Of a stretch of DNA of 64,000 nt, positions 11,852 through 23,007 are shown piece after piece. The stretch is taken from contig JBLDXI010000020.1 in assembly GCA_047495785.1 (NCBI GenBank), forward strand, positions 2,852,001 to 2,916,000, read 5' to 3'. Within the stretch, counting starts at the first letter, position 1, and each line of letters begins with the position of its first letter. The position numbers and the translations under genes are program-made. Below the pieces are notes generated by a model. The model had not been told where the DNA came from, searched no databases, and worked only from the letters and a program-made list of their open reading frames with translations. The DNA comes from Lepidodermella squamata. Lineage: Eukaryota > Animalia > Gastrotricha.

Positions 11852-13439
11852 ATGGTTAATAAACGGTCTATTCAGAATGCCGATGTGCGCACAGGCCAGC
11901 TGGAGTCATCAGGGAGAAAATTCGTGGAAGTATCTTTTAGGCACAAGAAAAAAGCATCTGGTGCCGAAAGAGGCGCGCCGAAACGCGGCTTCCAAACACG
12001 GCGATTATATGAAACCGACGGCGAGTTTTCGCCTTACAAGGTAGTGATGGCGTACCGCGCAAGAAAAACGCAAACTCAGAACCATGCTTCTGGTGCATAT
12101 TACCTCACCCCCAATATCGGGCGATGGGCCTGGACGCCCGGAACCAAGCGGCGCTGGTTTAAAAAGTCGCGACTTGGCAAAAATAGTCAAGACTCTTTAC
12201 TGAAAAGCATGTTGAAAAAGTTCGCTCCGCAATTTGCTCACCACTACACCAACTATTCTTTGAGAAAATATACCGTCGACCGATTGTGCGCTTCATTACG
12301 AATTCCACCCCACATCATCGCTTTACACATTTCCCACGATAACGCTGGGACGTCGATTAACCCTTACGTAAGCATTAGCTTGGAGATGCAGCTTCTTCTT
12401 CAAGAGTTGGTAATGTCAGAATTTGAGGCTGCTCTCGACGACGATGGTGACGATGGTGATGATTCGGAGAACAGCGATGAAGCAGAAATCTGCAATGATT
12501 CCGCCGCCGCTGAACCCGCAAAAAAGAAATCCAAAACGCTATCGAGCGAAACAGTAAGCGAAGAAGAAGAAGAAGTACATGATGATGCTGATGCTGAGGC
12601 TGAGGCTGATGCTGAGGCTGAGGCTGATGCTGAGGCTGAGGCTGATGCTGAGGCTGAGGCTGAGGCTGAGGCTGAGGCTGAGGCTGAGGCTGAGGCTGAG
12701 GCTGAGGCTGAGGCTGATGATGACGATGATGACGATGCTGATGCTGGTGATACTGTTCATGTACGTAACGCTGCCAGGTCTCAAATTTCGAGCTCGACGA
12801 AAGATAGCGTGATTGAGTCGAATGCAGGTTGTTTAGTCTCCCGTGTTTTTTTTGAATTATAACCTGTTTAATTAAAGATGAGTCGATTGGCGAATCTTTG
12901 CCGCCAACGCTTGGTGTTGAACGTAATTCAGTTGTCCGCAGTAATGCAGGTTCGATCGAACTACCGGGAAATCGAGATATCCCACGTCGTGAATCTCCAT
13001 CGGTCAGTAACGTCGAAAACTCGCCTGCAGAAAAGCAATTACGACGCCGGAATGCCGCCAGCTCAATAACTTCCAGCAGTGGCCATGCTAGCATTGATGG
13101 TGGTTGGCTTGTTTTTGAACAATCTCGTATATATTCAAGTCTAGGATTGTTTTAGATTCTTCAACGCCCCCGGTCATTGCTTCTGAAAGTAATGAGCATG
13201 CCGATAGCGTTGAACGCAGGGCAGTTGGTGCTGATCGTGATCGACTTCCAAGTTCAATAAAGGCAGAAATAGTCGTAGAGGTCGACAACGACGACGACGA
13301 CTGTTTTATTGTTGAGCCTGCAGTAAAGAAGGAGCCTTTCTCCGCCAGCGTTGGCCGGATAGTAAACGCTATCCGGTCAACGAGTGGTAATAAGAATATT
13401 ACCATAAACTTGAATTTCCACAACTGCACCTTTCATTGA
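11852..13439 (+). CDS. Partial Crypton-type tyrosine recombinase (DUF3504-like) with acidic tail; probably two short introns near 12.83-12.93 kb and 13.10-13.16 kb
   Basis: ORF 11852-12862 plus downstream exon-like segments ending in NLNFHNCTFH*. Confidence 0.55.
12582..12745 (+). repeat. (GCTGAG)n/(GCTGAT)n microsatellite encoding an Ala-Glu/Asp run
   Basis: Directly visible tandem hexamer. Confidence 0.95.
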
Positions 13440-14469
13440 CGAAGAATGCGTGAAATGTTGATAGTTGTTGCATTAATCCGCTGGTTTTTATACTGCGGCC
13501 CGATGTTATAAGCTTGGTTTTATTGTTCAGGTTTGATGTACCATAATAGCAATATTGTGATATATGCGGATTGTGATATATGTATTACGCGCACCTTGTG
13601 ATTATCCAATGTTTTTTTTATATTTGATCGATGAATGAAAAAAGAAAAAAATGCGAAAAAAATGATAAAATTCCATCAAAATCCACTTCATAAAAATCCA
13701 TATAAATAAAAAATGTTAATTTCTTTAATTTTCTTGTCGTTTAGATTTGATTTGATATGCAATAGTTCGCGATTACTGTTCCGCAATGTCAGATTTCTGA
13801 CTGGTGCCTGCGACTCAATGAACCAGCCTGAGATCTGAGATAAATGGTTCTGACTGTCGCCTTCGCTTTTTTTGCCAGGGAAACTGGGTAAAACAGCGTT
13901 AAGCGGAGTTTTACATTAATCTAGGAGAAGAGACATTGACTTATTGTAGGTCCCATGTTTGAGAAATTTATTTTTCGTCAACCATGAAGTAACCGTGATA
14001 ATTCATAGTTGACAAACATCAACTATGAAGTAATTCTGATAATTCATGGCTTGTTAAAACGTTCATCAACTATGAATTAACACGGATAATACATGTTTGA
14101 TGAGTGAAAACTGGCCCCATATCAACCATGAATAACCGCATTTTTCGTTTATAATTGATATTTAATGAAATATGATTAAATTTTCTATAGTATTACTTAA
14201 TCTTTTTTATTGCATTCAGAATTTCTGAAATTGTCAAGAAATAAAATATGATTTGACATACCTAACGACTGAAAGAGAGACACAGCGACTAATTTAGGCA
14301 GAGTTTATAATATAATGAGATTTTAGGCTCACTTTGCACCACTGAGTTTCCGGTAATGAGAACTCCGCAATATTTTTACTTTGCAAAGAGTTACGACGCT
14401 ATAATCAATGTTTTAACGGCATCTCTACACGTTCATTATCAGTTTTATGCAATGTGGTGAATTTCATCT

Positions 14470-16584
14470 CATAGACAATGATGGTACAGATCGGACACTC
14501 ACGCACTTCGCATTGAAACACTAATTATGCGTGGATCGGCCATATTATAAATCCGGCCGAAAAGTCGTTGTTCTCCTAAATTCTTGAAAAAAATATCGAA
14601 AAATCGGGCATTTTTTTACGTTTATAATGATCCAAGTCCCGTAGTGCGGTTCGATTTCGTTGCCGAGAAAATCAATATCGAAAAATCGATTACTCACACT
14701 CTGTATTGTTGTGTTGCGTCATCGCGTGCCATGCTCACTCAATAAAAATAAGCATTCGAAAAATGTAAAGTTGTTGTGTGCATGTGTCATTAAAGTCAGC
14801 ACTTCAGAGGAAATCTATTTCCTACCCATTTTTATTGAGTTTCATTTGTTGCGACGATAGCAGCCAAAAGGTGAGTGATGATCCTCCTTAAATTGTGCTC
14901 ATTTTTATTTTTTTTCCAAAATATTGAAACCGATAAAAATATTTAGTATAGGCTGCAAAATTGTGAAAGAAATTTGAAGTAGGTTTTATTATAAATCTAT
15001 GAAAAAAAATCTCATTTATTGGAAAATAATTCGAAAATTGATTAAATTCAATTTAAATTGGTTTCTGCCCTCGCGGTGCTCTGCTTCGCAACGCCCGCCA
15101 TCATAGAGTGCGAACTACGATCGCAGACTCCTTGCGCAAGAACAAGACCCTCGAAGTCTACGAAGAAGTTTCCTGCCTCGCAGAAAATGACGGCCTCAAA
15201 AGGGTCGACATTATCGCCTTCAATAAAAACACGAGAGAAGAGTGGATCTTGGACCCTACCATCCGCTTCGAAAAAAGCCCAGATCAAGCCCTGGAAGTCG
15301 ACAAAGAAAAACGGGCACACTACGAGCCTTGCGCAGAATACTTCAAGGAAAGATACAATCTAACTTCCCTCGAAGTAATCGGTCTCTTCGTTGGAGCCCG
15401 TGGTACCATCACCAAGTTCTTTCGCGACTTCGCAAAACGTCTCGAACTACCGCAGTCACTCATGTGCGACATCGTCATTTCAACGACTCATGCAAAATCA
15501 TAAATAATCATTTGTACAGAAAGAATTAAATGTAAATACCCGTGTCTATAGGCAAACTGTTACTTAGTATCAGTCGGATCATTGTTTTAACAATAAACTA
15601 CTTAAAAATTGATTTTTCCATAATTTTTTTGAATTTTTCGATATTTTTTTATTCAGACCAAGGTTGATTTTGCCTCGATAATTGAGACTTGAATTAGATG
15701 GAGATTTGTTCTTAACAACTTTATTTTCTTCTAGGTTGCTGAGCTTCATGATTTAACTGAATGGGACGAAATTGAAGCTGAAGACGAGTTACTGCAAAGA
15801 GGAATGGAGTACGAAGCAACGCTCCCCTAATTGGGGAAGAAATTATTGCCAACATTGGTGGATTTTGCGTCAAAAAACTTCTAACTGACAAGCTGAAATG
15901 CCCCGGCTGTATCGATTCCCTGACACGCGATTTCCTTCTGACTCCATGCCGTGTGATAAAGGGCTTCAGTTTCCGAAAACAAGACGGGAAATTATGGTAA
16001 TAAACATTTTGCTTGGAATTCGCTATCTAAAAGTTGTACGATTTCAGTCTCACTCGCCCGTCATTGACGGTATATCGAATCGTGAAATCAAGCTCAAAAT
16101 GGGGCAGGTGGCTATGAAGCAACCGACGAAAAGCCGTAAAGCGGCTCAAAACCAAAACATGTGAATGAAAAATGAAAAACGCTTCAATTTTTTTCTATTT
16201 TGATATCTATCTACTATTTTTCGATCAACTTAAATTAAAGCTGAAAAATAGCAATAAAAATGGAGTATGCCACAGATGTTCGTTTTTCGTAACAATCAAA
16301 TTTTGAGTGGCGCTAAAAAAAACTTGAAAATAGACTTAACAACTGACAAAAATCGCTACAATCTTTTTTCCTAATTTAAAAATCACAGGGAAGGAACCGC
16401 ACCTCGAAGTTTGCATCACTAGCATCCTTGAAAGATGAGGAATTTTTAGGAAGTTTCAAAAAATTCCGAGGCCTACGACTATTTACACCTTTTAAATCAA
16501 TGCATTCAATTTAGTGTGCAAATTTATGGTTTAACTTAAACAGGCAAGTGCGTGAGTGTCCGATCTGTTACATCATTGTCTATG
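14470..16584. mobile_element. Non-autonomous TIR DNA transposon (CATAGA termini, possibly P-like)
   Basis: 39-bp TIR CATAGACAATGATG..ACAGATCGGACACTCACGCACTT with 2 mismatches; no TSD found. Confidence 0.75.
15060..15605 (+). mobile_element. Heavily 5'-truncated RLE retrotransposon of a second family, nested in the TIR element
   Basis: GFCP..RHHRVR..EEVSC..KRVDII..ILDPTIRFE..EKRAHYEP; frameshift near the end; AATAAA near 15592. Confidence 0.8.
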
Positions 16585-16589
16585 GCGGC

Positions 16590-17420
16590 AATGATCTGAT
16601 TCTAAAAATCGCCGCTTTCTTGTTCGCGATTTAGAATCAAGATACCGCACTTGCGTTATAGACATTACGTGTCTGTTTTTTTTCTAATTCACTAATCACG
16701 GCGGCGACTCTTTCAAGATCGATTTTTACCTGAAGAAGACTGTCTTTCGAGCGTCTGCATTCTGCATAGCCCATGCATATCCTAAAGACGAAGTGGTGTT
16801 TACGAATGACAGTGCCCGAGAGTGTTGAAGTCATCAAGAAACAGTTCTCATTTCTCATGTGCATCGACACAGCACAATAACTACAACAGATTCTTCAGCC
16901 ATTAACTACGGGTTTGATGAACACGCTAGGGGGTTTGAGGAAAGGACGGTTGCGATTAACTTGTGTATTTTGATTGCGTGGTTAGCTGTGTTGACTTTAA
17001 AACACTGCCAAATCAGCTACATTAGCTGACGTTTTTTAAGATTCGGAGTAACAAAGTGTTGTCACCACATGCGTTGCACATGTGTCTCATCACTCCGCCT
17101 TGGTTGCGTCGAATTTTGTTCTTGTCGTGATATCTGTATCCTGTCTGGCTGCTTTTAAAATGCGCCACTCCGCGAATTAGTATAGCATGTATGCTTAGTA
17201 TGCCATGAAATAGCATTAGCTGTTTGTTTCCTGGCTTCGTTATTCTCAGCGTCCCTTTTAATTCTGCTCATTTTGGGTGACGTCTGCCGTCTGTATCGTC
17301 AGCAGTTGGCTGTCGCGGTTTTTGCGCTTATCGACTCAGTGGTGACAGGCGCAAGGTGGGTGAGCGGAAGCTATAGAAACGCATTTGACGCCGAAAATAT
17401 TCTTCTCACCGTATGCATAT
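16590..17420 (+). pseudogene. Degraded 7TM part of a C-subtype GPCR
   Basis: 17100-17400 aligns with 1-315 with indels (CCTGTCTGGCTGCTTTTAAAATGCG; GTTTGTTTCCTGGCTTCG); 5' limit is approximate. Confidence 0.7.
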
Positions 17421-17852
17421 CCAACAAAAATTGTTCACGTACAATTACTATTGTGTATTCGCCGCGATTATGCCACACATCATTGCGACCTGTTTCTCGC
17501 GCTGAATCTCATTTCGACTCACAAAATTCAGTGATGCCACAGACATAGATACCTTGATATTTAATTATTTCTAAAAGAATTATATCCCAGAGTTATAAAT
17601 AACTTGTTATGAAGTTCGCCGATCAAGAGCATTCTGCAAGCATATGTCTTGCATCTTGCATGTATTACGCCAGTGAAACTGATGCAAAAATATCAGCTCT
17701 ATGGATAATTTTCGCTAATAAGTGGATAAATTAGGAATTATGGAAAATTTCGCGACAGGATCCAGGGGGTGTGAAATTTCAGTTTACGTCCTCACGCTGG
17801 CGTTCAATCATCGTCGTATATCTGCAAATTTCAGGCTCGTCACATCGCAATA

Positions 17853-20282
17853 ATGGGGGTAAAAATTATTTTGAACTTCACTATTTTCGCTTTCCTCTTT
17901 GTTTCCTCTCAATTGATCAGCGGTGCCAAGTTGAAGCGATTGAGGATATTGGTTACATATCCCATAACTGGAACAGCTGTCCGCATTGTCGATCGCCTAA
18001 TTGGATACAACATTCTACTTGATATCGCCAATAACAGGAGCGATATCCTACCAGACTATAAACTCGAGGTCGAATACGGCGATGAGTCTGCAGGTGGAAA
18101 TAACGCTCCGACTGCTGTTATGGGTTGGCTGAGGATGATGGAAACTTCAAAGGAGCCCGATCTCAGCCCAGCGCCTATAACTCTAGCGGCTGCGAACAGC
18201 AATGGCTGTAAAGGTATTGGTGCATTCATTCATCACGTCAATCTAGTGACGGTCTCAGGAACCTGCACAGCCTCATATCTAGCTGAAAGAAACAGATACC
18301 CTAATTTGTATCTAACCATGCCAGTTGCAGGACCGAAAAACTACGGTTATGTTCGATTTGTGCGTGAGGTTGGCAAATGGGGCCGTTTAGGACTAGTAGC
18401 CCCGCCAGATAACTCCAATGACTTCAATGCTGCTATCTCTTTCCATAGAATTGCAACTCAACAGGGTATAGAATTCGCATGGTTTGACGCGCCGATAAAG
18501 TTTGATTTGGAGCGAGCTAATTCCCTAAAACAAAGCGATGCTCGAATCATTGTAGCAATGACGTCATCACGCGCCGTTGCTCTAACGTATCATTGCATGG
18601 CCTATCAAGCCGGAATCACAGGTTCCAGGTATCTGTTCATAATTTTCGACAATGCTTTTGCGAATCCTGCAACTTTGACGGACGACGCGATACCCTTCGG
18701 TTGTTCGCGCTCAATGCTCTACGAGCAAATCAAACAAACCTACTGGATGGTAGATTTGGATGGGATGGTCGACCTAACCCAAAGAAGTTCTTTTGGTCTG
18801 AATAGAGCCGAATTAGACAACCTCATTTGGAGGTACAAAAACTCGTCGATTCCAGGTCCTGATTACGACTCACGACTACCTCACCTTGATGCCATGATGC
18901 ATATAATTCTGGCGCTAAATAAGACTGAAGCAATGCTTAACGCGGAGAATCTAACGCTTAGCGACTATAAAACGAATGGCAGCCGGATTATGCAGCTAGC
19001 GAATCGCTCGGTGTTAACAACTGACTACTTTGGTCTGAGAACGCCAAGAGTGCGTTACGATTCGAATGGACAACTCTTCGGCTTGCCGGGTTTCATCAGC
19101 TACTGGACACCGGAAAAATCATTCGAAAAGGTGTTCCAAATCGATCAGTTTGAAAACAGTTCCTCGGAATCGTATGATGCGTATTCTATAAAATCGCTGG
19201 CGCGAATTCAATGGCCGAGCGAAGACGGAAATCCGCCGCGGGATTCTCGACGGCTGGTCACGGAAATTCTCGAGCCAAGTCGAGCTTTTCTGATCGCAGT
19301 ATCTTGTTTTGCAGCGATTATCGCTGTCATCCAAGTAACAGGCCTAATTGCAGTATTTATTCAGCGAAAAGTAATACCGCTTTCTTACTCAATGTTTGAA
19401 ATCAAAATGCTAGGAATTGTCGGCTGTTTGATTCTCGATGCTGCTGCTATTTTCCATTCAATGAAAAGCAACGATTGTCACTATTTGGGTGCGCTAAGAA
19501 TAATTTCGGTAGCGGTCACATTCTCACTGGTTACGCCGGCTGTGTTTCTGAGACCCATTTTCCATCTAACAGATGCTAATAGCTTTGCCCCGAGGTTTTC
19601 CACCGGCAATCCTGCAACCCAACGAAGAAGCAGTGCGTTTAATTTGCAACATCGGAGAAGCAGCACGCTAATTACCAATGGTCCAAGGTCGAGCATTCTA
19701 AGCCTGTCGCTACCTGGAGGCGGAATGTATGGTCTCTCAGAAAATACTCTCGACTATGCCCAGCTAGCAGATGAGCAAAATTTCCCTAGGAAAAAGTCCG
19801 CAGCTCTGAAAACTTTTGCCGGCATATTCACAGCTCTAAACAGTGTTCTAATAGCCTGGTTTACATGTTCTGATTTAAAATGTAAGCTGACCCTTATCCG
19901 TACTCCAATCTATGACCTGGCAGGGGATACGGAGTATAGCACCTCTGTTACTTCTTGCACTACGGCAAATCACACAGCATGGTTACTTGCTTTGGTCGCC
20001 TCACACCTGATTCTGGTCGCAATATCGTGCCTAGCCGCCTTCAAAATGCGACACAAGCGAGCTCGTGCTGTAGAAAGTAACCAAATTGCCATTGCAGTTT
20101 CCTTTCTGGCCTCAACCCTGGTGGCTGCAATCTTATTACTTGTTATTCTTGGCGACGCGTATCGTCAACAACTTACAGTTGCTATCCTTGCCCTGATAAT
20201 ATCTGCAGTTATGAGTATGACTTGGATGATTGGAAATGTAAAGAAGTTGACCTCCTCTGTTGGGCCATCTAATAGAATATAG
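17853..20282 (+). CDS. GABA-B-like class C GPCR, subtype B copy 3
   Basis: 809-aa intact ORF, close paralog of 809-3196. Confidence 0.88.
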   Translation: MGVKIILNFTIFAFLFVSSQLISGAKLKRLRILVTYPITGTAVRIVDRLIGYNILLDIANNRSDILPDYKLEVEYGDESAGGNNAPTAVMGWLRMMETSKEPDLSPAPITLAAANSNGCKGIGAFIHHVNLVTVSGTCTASYLAERNRYPNLYLTMPVAGPKNYGYVRFVREVGKWGRLGLVAPPDNSNDFNAAISFHRIATQQGIEFAWFDAPIKFDLERANSLKQSDARIIVAMTSSRAVALTYHCMAYQAGITGSRYLFIIFDNAFANPATLTDDAIPFGCSRSMLYEQIKQTYWMVDLDGMVDLTQRSSFGLNRAELDNLIWRYKNSSIPGPDYDSRLPHLDAMMHIILALNKTEAMLNAENLTLSDYKTNGSRIMQLANRSVLTTDYFGLRTPRVRYDSNGQLFGLPGFISYWTPEKSFEKVFQIDQFENSSSESYDAYSIKSLARIQWPSEDGNPPRDSRRLVTEILEPSRAFLIAVSCFAAIIAVIQVTGLIAVFIQRKVIPLSYSMFEIKMLGIVGCLILDAAAIFHSMKSNDCHYLGALRIISVAVTFSLVTPAVFLRPIFHLTDANSFAPRFSTGNPATQRRSSAFNLQHRRSSTLITNGPRSSILSLSLPGGGMYGLSENTLDYAQLADEQNFPRKKSAALKTFAGIFTALNSVLIAWFTCSDLKCKLTLIRTPIYDLAGDTEYSTSVTSCTTANHTAWLLALVASHLILVAISCLAAFKMRHKRARAVESNQIAIAVSFLASTLVAAILLLVILGDAYRQQLTVAILALIISAVMSMTWMIGNVKKLTSSVGPSNRI

Positions 20283-20580
20283 TCGCTATAATTTTGCTAA
20301 ATTCAGGATTTATGAGAGAGGGTCTTGAAATAAAATATTAGCAGTAATTCCCAAGTACTCTGAAAGGAAGTCCAGTCGACTGTTTACAAAATTAGGCGAG
20401 ATAATGTAAGTTGTTTTATTAGAGAGCATGAGCTCACTCTTCATCACTGAATTTCCGGTAATGAGACCTACCCTACGTCTGCTTCTTCAAAATATTCTTA
20501 GCTTGCTAAGAGGTACGCTTTAATCAGAGCCCTGAAACCTTGAGACAGATCTACTTTTTTATTTCGTGAATAAAACCAAT

Positions 20581-22923
20581 ATGATCAGAGTCGAGTTTTT
20601 TACTTTCTCCCTCCTAGCTCTGCACCTATGCTTTCACCAGCCAACTGATAGTGCCAAAACCAAACGGCTGAGGATATTGGTTACATATCCTATAACAGGA
20701 ATGCTAATCAAAGTCGTTGATCGCCTCGCAGGATTCAACGCTCTGCTAGACATGGCAAACAACAGGACTGATCTATTGCCAGATTATAAACTCGAGGTCG
20801 AATACGAGGATGAAGCTTACGCTGGTAATAACGCTCCAACTGCTGTGATGAGCTGGCATAGAAGGATTATGACGACTAACGAGCCTGATCTCTACCCATC
20901 CCCGATCGTTCTTGGTGCCTCAAACAGTAACGGCTGTAAAGGTTTGGGTTTTTTCTTGCAGTACGTAAATCTCGTAACAGTTTCCGGATCTTGCACTGCA
21001 TCTTACTTGGCAGAACGAAGGCGTTTTCAAAATCTATATCTAACAACTCCAGTCGCAGGCCCGAAAAACTATGGTTACGTTCGTTTTTTGAAGGAAATCG
21101 GCAAGTGGGCACGTCTTGGGTTGTATGCTACCCCAGACAATACCAACGACTTCAACGCTGCCATTTCCTTCCATAAGATCGCGACTCAACAAGGGATCAA
21201 TTTCGCATGGTTTGACGCTCCAATAAAATTCGATGAGGAACGAGCTGAATCGCTCAAGAGTAGCGACGCTCGAATTATTGTTGTGATGACTACTTCGCGA
21301 TCAATCGCAATTCCCTTTTATTGCGTGGCCTACAATTCTGGTATTCGTGGCTCTCGATATCTTTTCCTGATTGTGGATAGTGCGTTTTCCAACCCTGTAA
21401 CTTTGAGTGAGGAGGTGATACCCGTGGGTTGTTCTCGGGATGTCATTGCCCTGCAAACCAAACAAACATTTTGGTTTGTTGATATTGATGGCACTGTCGA
21501 CGTGACTCAACGTAACTCCTTAGGCCTCAACAGGGCCGAAATGGATAATTTGATTTGGAAAAACAAAAACTCGACCATTCCTGGTCCTGATTACGAATCG
21601 CGGCTACCATACCTAGACGCTATGGCTATTATCATTCTGGCGCTTAACCGTACTGATTCTATGCTTAAAGCGGAGAATTTGACGTTTAGCGACTATCCAA
21701 TTCATGGTAGACGAATAATGCAATTAGCAAATCAATCTGTATTGAACACTGATTACTACGGACTTCGAGCTCCTAGGGTCCGTTACGATTTCAACGGACA
21801 GCTTTTCGGTTTGCCCAATTTCATCAGCTACTGGACCCCGCAGAAATCTTTCGATAAACTTGTCCAAATCGATCAGTTGGAACACAGCTCGTCGGAATCG
21901 TACGAAGCTTACGAGATTAAACCTTTGGCGCGAATCCAATGGCCGACTGAGGACGGAAATCCCCCGCGCGACTCGCGTAGGACTGTGATTGAAATCCTCG
22001 AACCTTCTAACAGCTTTCGCATTGCGATTTCCTTCGTTGCGGTGTTATTTATCGCGTTTCAACTGTTCGGTCTATTAGCTCTGATTCGAAAACGAAGAAT
22101 CTTACCCCTTGCCTACTCACTAATTGAAATCAAAGCTTGTGGGCTGGCGGGTTGCTTGATGCTCAACGTGTCTGCTGTTTTGTTTGCATTTAAAGCCAAA
22201 GATGAAAATGTGCTGTGGATATTGCGCATTTGCTCCTTGGCAAGCGCAATGTCTGCTATTTCATCAGCTACATTTCTAAGATCGATTTTCACGACAAAAA
22301 TAGCACCGCCTAGTAAAAGGAAAAGCAGCGCCGCAATTTTGCAAAAGCCAAGCGATGCATCAACTGTTATTACCCAGAAAAATAGCAGCAGCAATCTAGT
22401 TGCGGAAAATAACGTTGATATCCCGCGCCAGGCTAGGGAGCAAAATTTTGCGGGAAAAGTGAAGAAATCCAGGCAGATCTTGGCAGGGATCTTCGGAATT
22501 CACGCAGCAGTTCTCATTGCTTGGTTTGCGAGCCATGAAATCAGCTGCAGCTTGGTCTTGATTCAAGAGCCTATCTACGACTCAATTCTCGACACTGAGT
22601 ATTTGAGCTATGTTACGCTCTGTAAGACCGACAATTATTTGGCATGGATTATGGCTCTTGTATCGTCTAGTATTGCTGTGATTGCGGCTGCTGGCCTAGC
22701 GACTTTCAAAATGCGACGTTTGCAGAGTCGGGTAATTGAGAGGAATGAAATAGCTCTTGCTGTGTGCTTTCTGGGTTCGATCTTTCCTGCATCCATTTTG
22801 ATTCTTATCATCTTGGGCGATATCTATCGGCAGCAAATGGCCATATCGGTTCTGTCTCTTCTTTTGTCCTTATTAATGAGCGGTACCTGGATAAGCGGAA
22901 CTTTCAAAGTTATATTCTGGTAG
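20581..22923 (+). CDS. GABA-B-like class C GPCR, subtype C
   Basis: Intact ORF from ATG 20581; same architecture, more divergent from the B copies. Confidence 0.88.
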   Translation: MIRVEFFTFSLLALHLCFHQPTDSAKTKRLRILVTYPITGMLIKVVDRLAGFNALLDMANNRTDLLPDYKLEVEYEDEAYAGNNAPTAVMSWHRRIMTTNEPDLYPSPIVLGASNSNGCKGLGFFLQYVNLVTVSGSCTASYLAERRRFQNLYLTTPVAGPKNYGYVRFLKEIGKWARLGLYATPDNTNDFNAAISFHKIATQQGINFAWFDAPIKFDEERAESLKSSDARIIVVMTTSRSIAIPFYCVAYNSGIRGSRYLFLIVDSAFSNPVTLSEEVIPVGCSRDVIALQTKQTFWFVDIDGTVDVTQRNSLGLNRAEMDNLIWKNKNSTIPGPDYESRLPYLDAMAIIILALNRTDSMLKAENLTFSDYPIHGRRIMQLANQSVLNTDYYGLRAPRVRYDFNGQLFGLPNFISYWTPQKSFDKLVQIDQLEHSSSESYEAYEIKPLARIQWPTEDGNPPRDSRRTVIEILEPSNSFRIAISFVAVLFIAFQLFGLLALIRKRRILPLAYSLIEIKACGLAGCLMLNVSAVLFAFKAKDENVLWILRICSLASAMSAISSATFLRSIFTTKIAPPSKRKSSAAILQKPSDASTVITQKNSSSNLVAENNVDIPRQAREQNFAGKVKKSRQILAGIFGIHAAVLIAWFASHEISCSLVLIQEPIYDSILDTEYLSYVTLCKTDNYLAWIMALVSSSIAVIAAAGLATFKMRRLQSRVIERNEIALAVCFLGSIFPASILILIILGDIYRQQMAISVLSLLLSLLMSGTWISGTFKVIFW

Positions 22924-23007
22924 TAATCATCGTAAGCTGGCTAACGATAGCAAGGTAATCGCAATTTATTAAAAAGCTACCGTCTCAATTCCTAATTCAT
23001 AAAAATC

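Larger units (their letters stand above)
11832..14195 (+). mobile_element. Crypton-like tyrosine-recombinase transposon, internally deleted (boundaries approximate)
   Basis: YR C-terminal motifs WFKKSRLGKN, YTNYSLRK and HISH..SINPY; inverted TTATTCATGGTT (11846) / AACCATGAATAA (14124); the receptor 3'UTR resumes near 14215. Confidence 0.7.

Noticed and set aside
12375-13094. Minus-strand poly-QP/His ORF and the LR/SL repeat ORFs
   Set aside because: Alternative-frame readings of the GCTGAG microsatellite
13978-14138. CRISPR-like repeat array
   Set aside because: Eukaryotic context, no cas genes and no unique spacers of regular length; better explained as recombinase dyads
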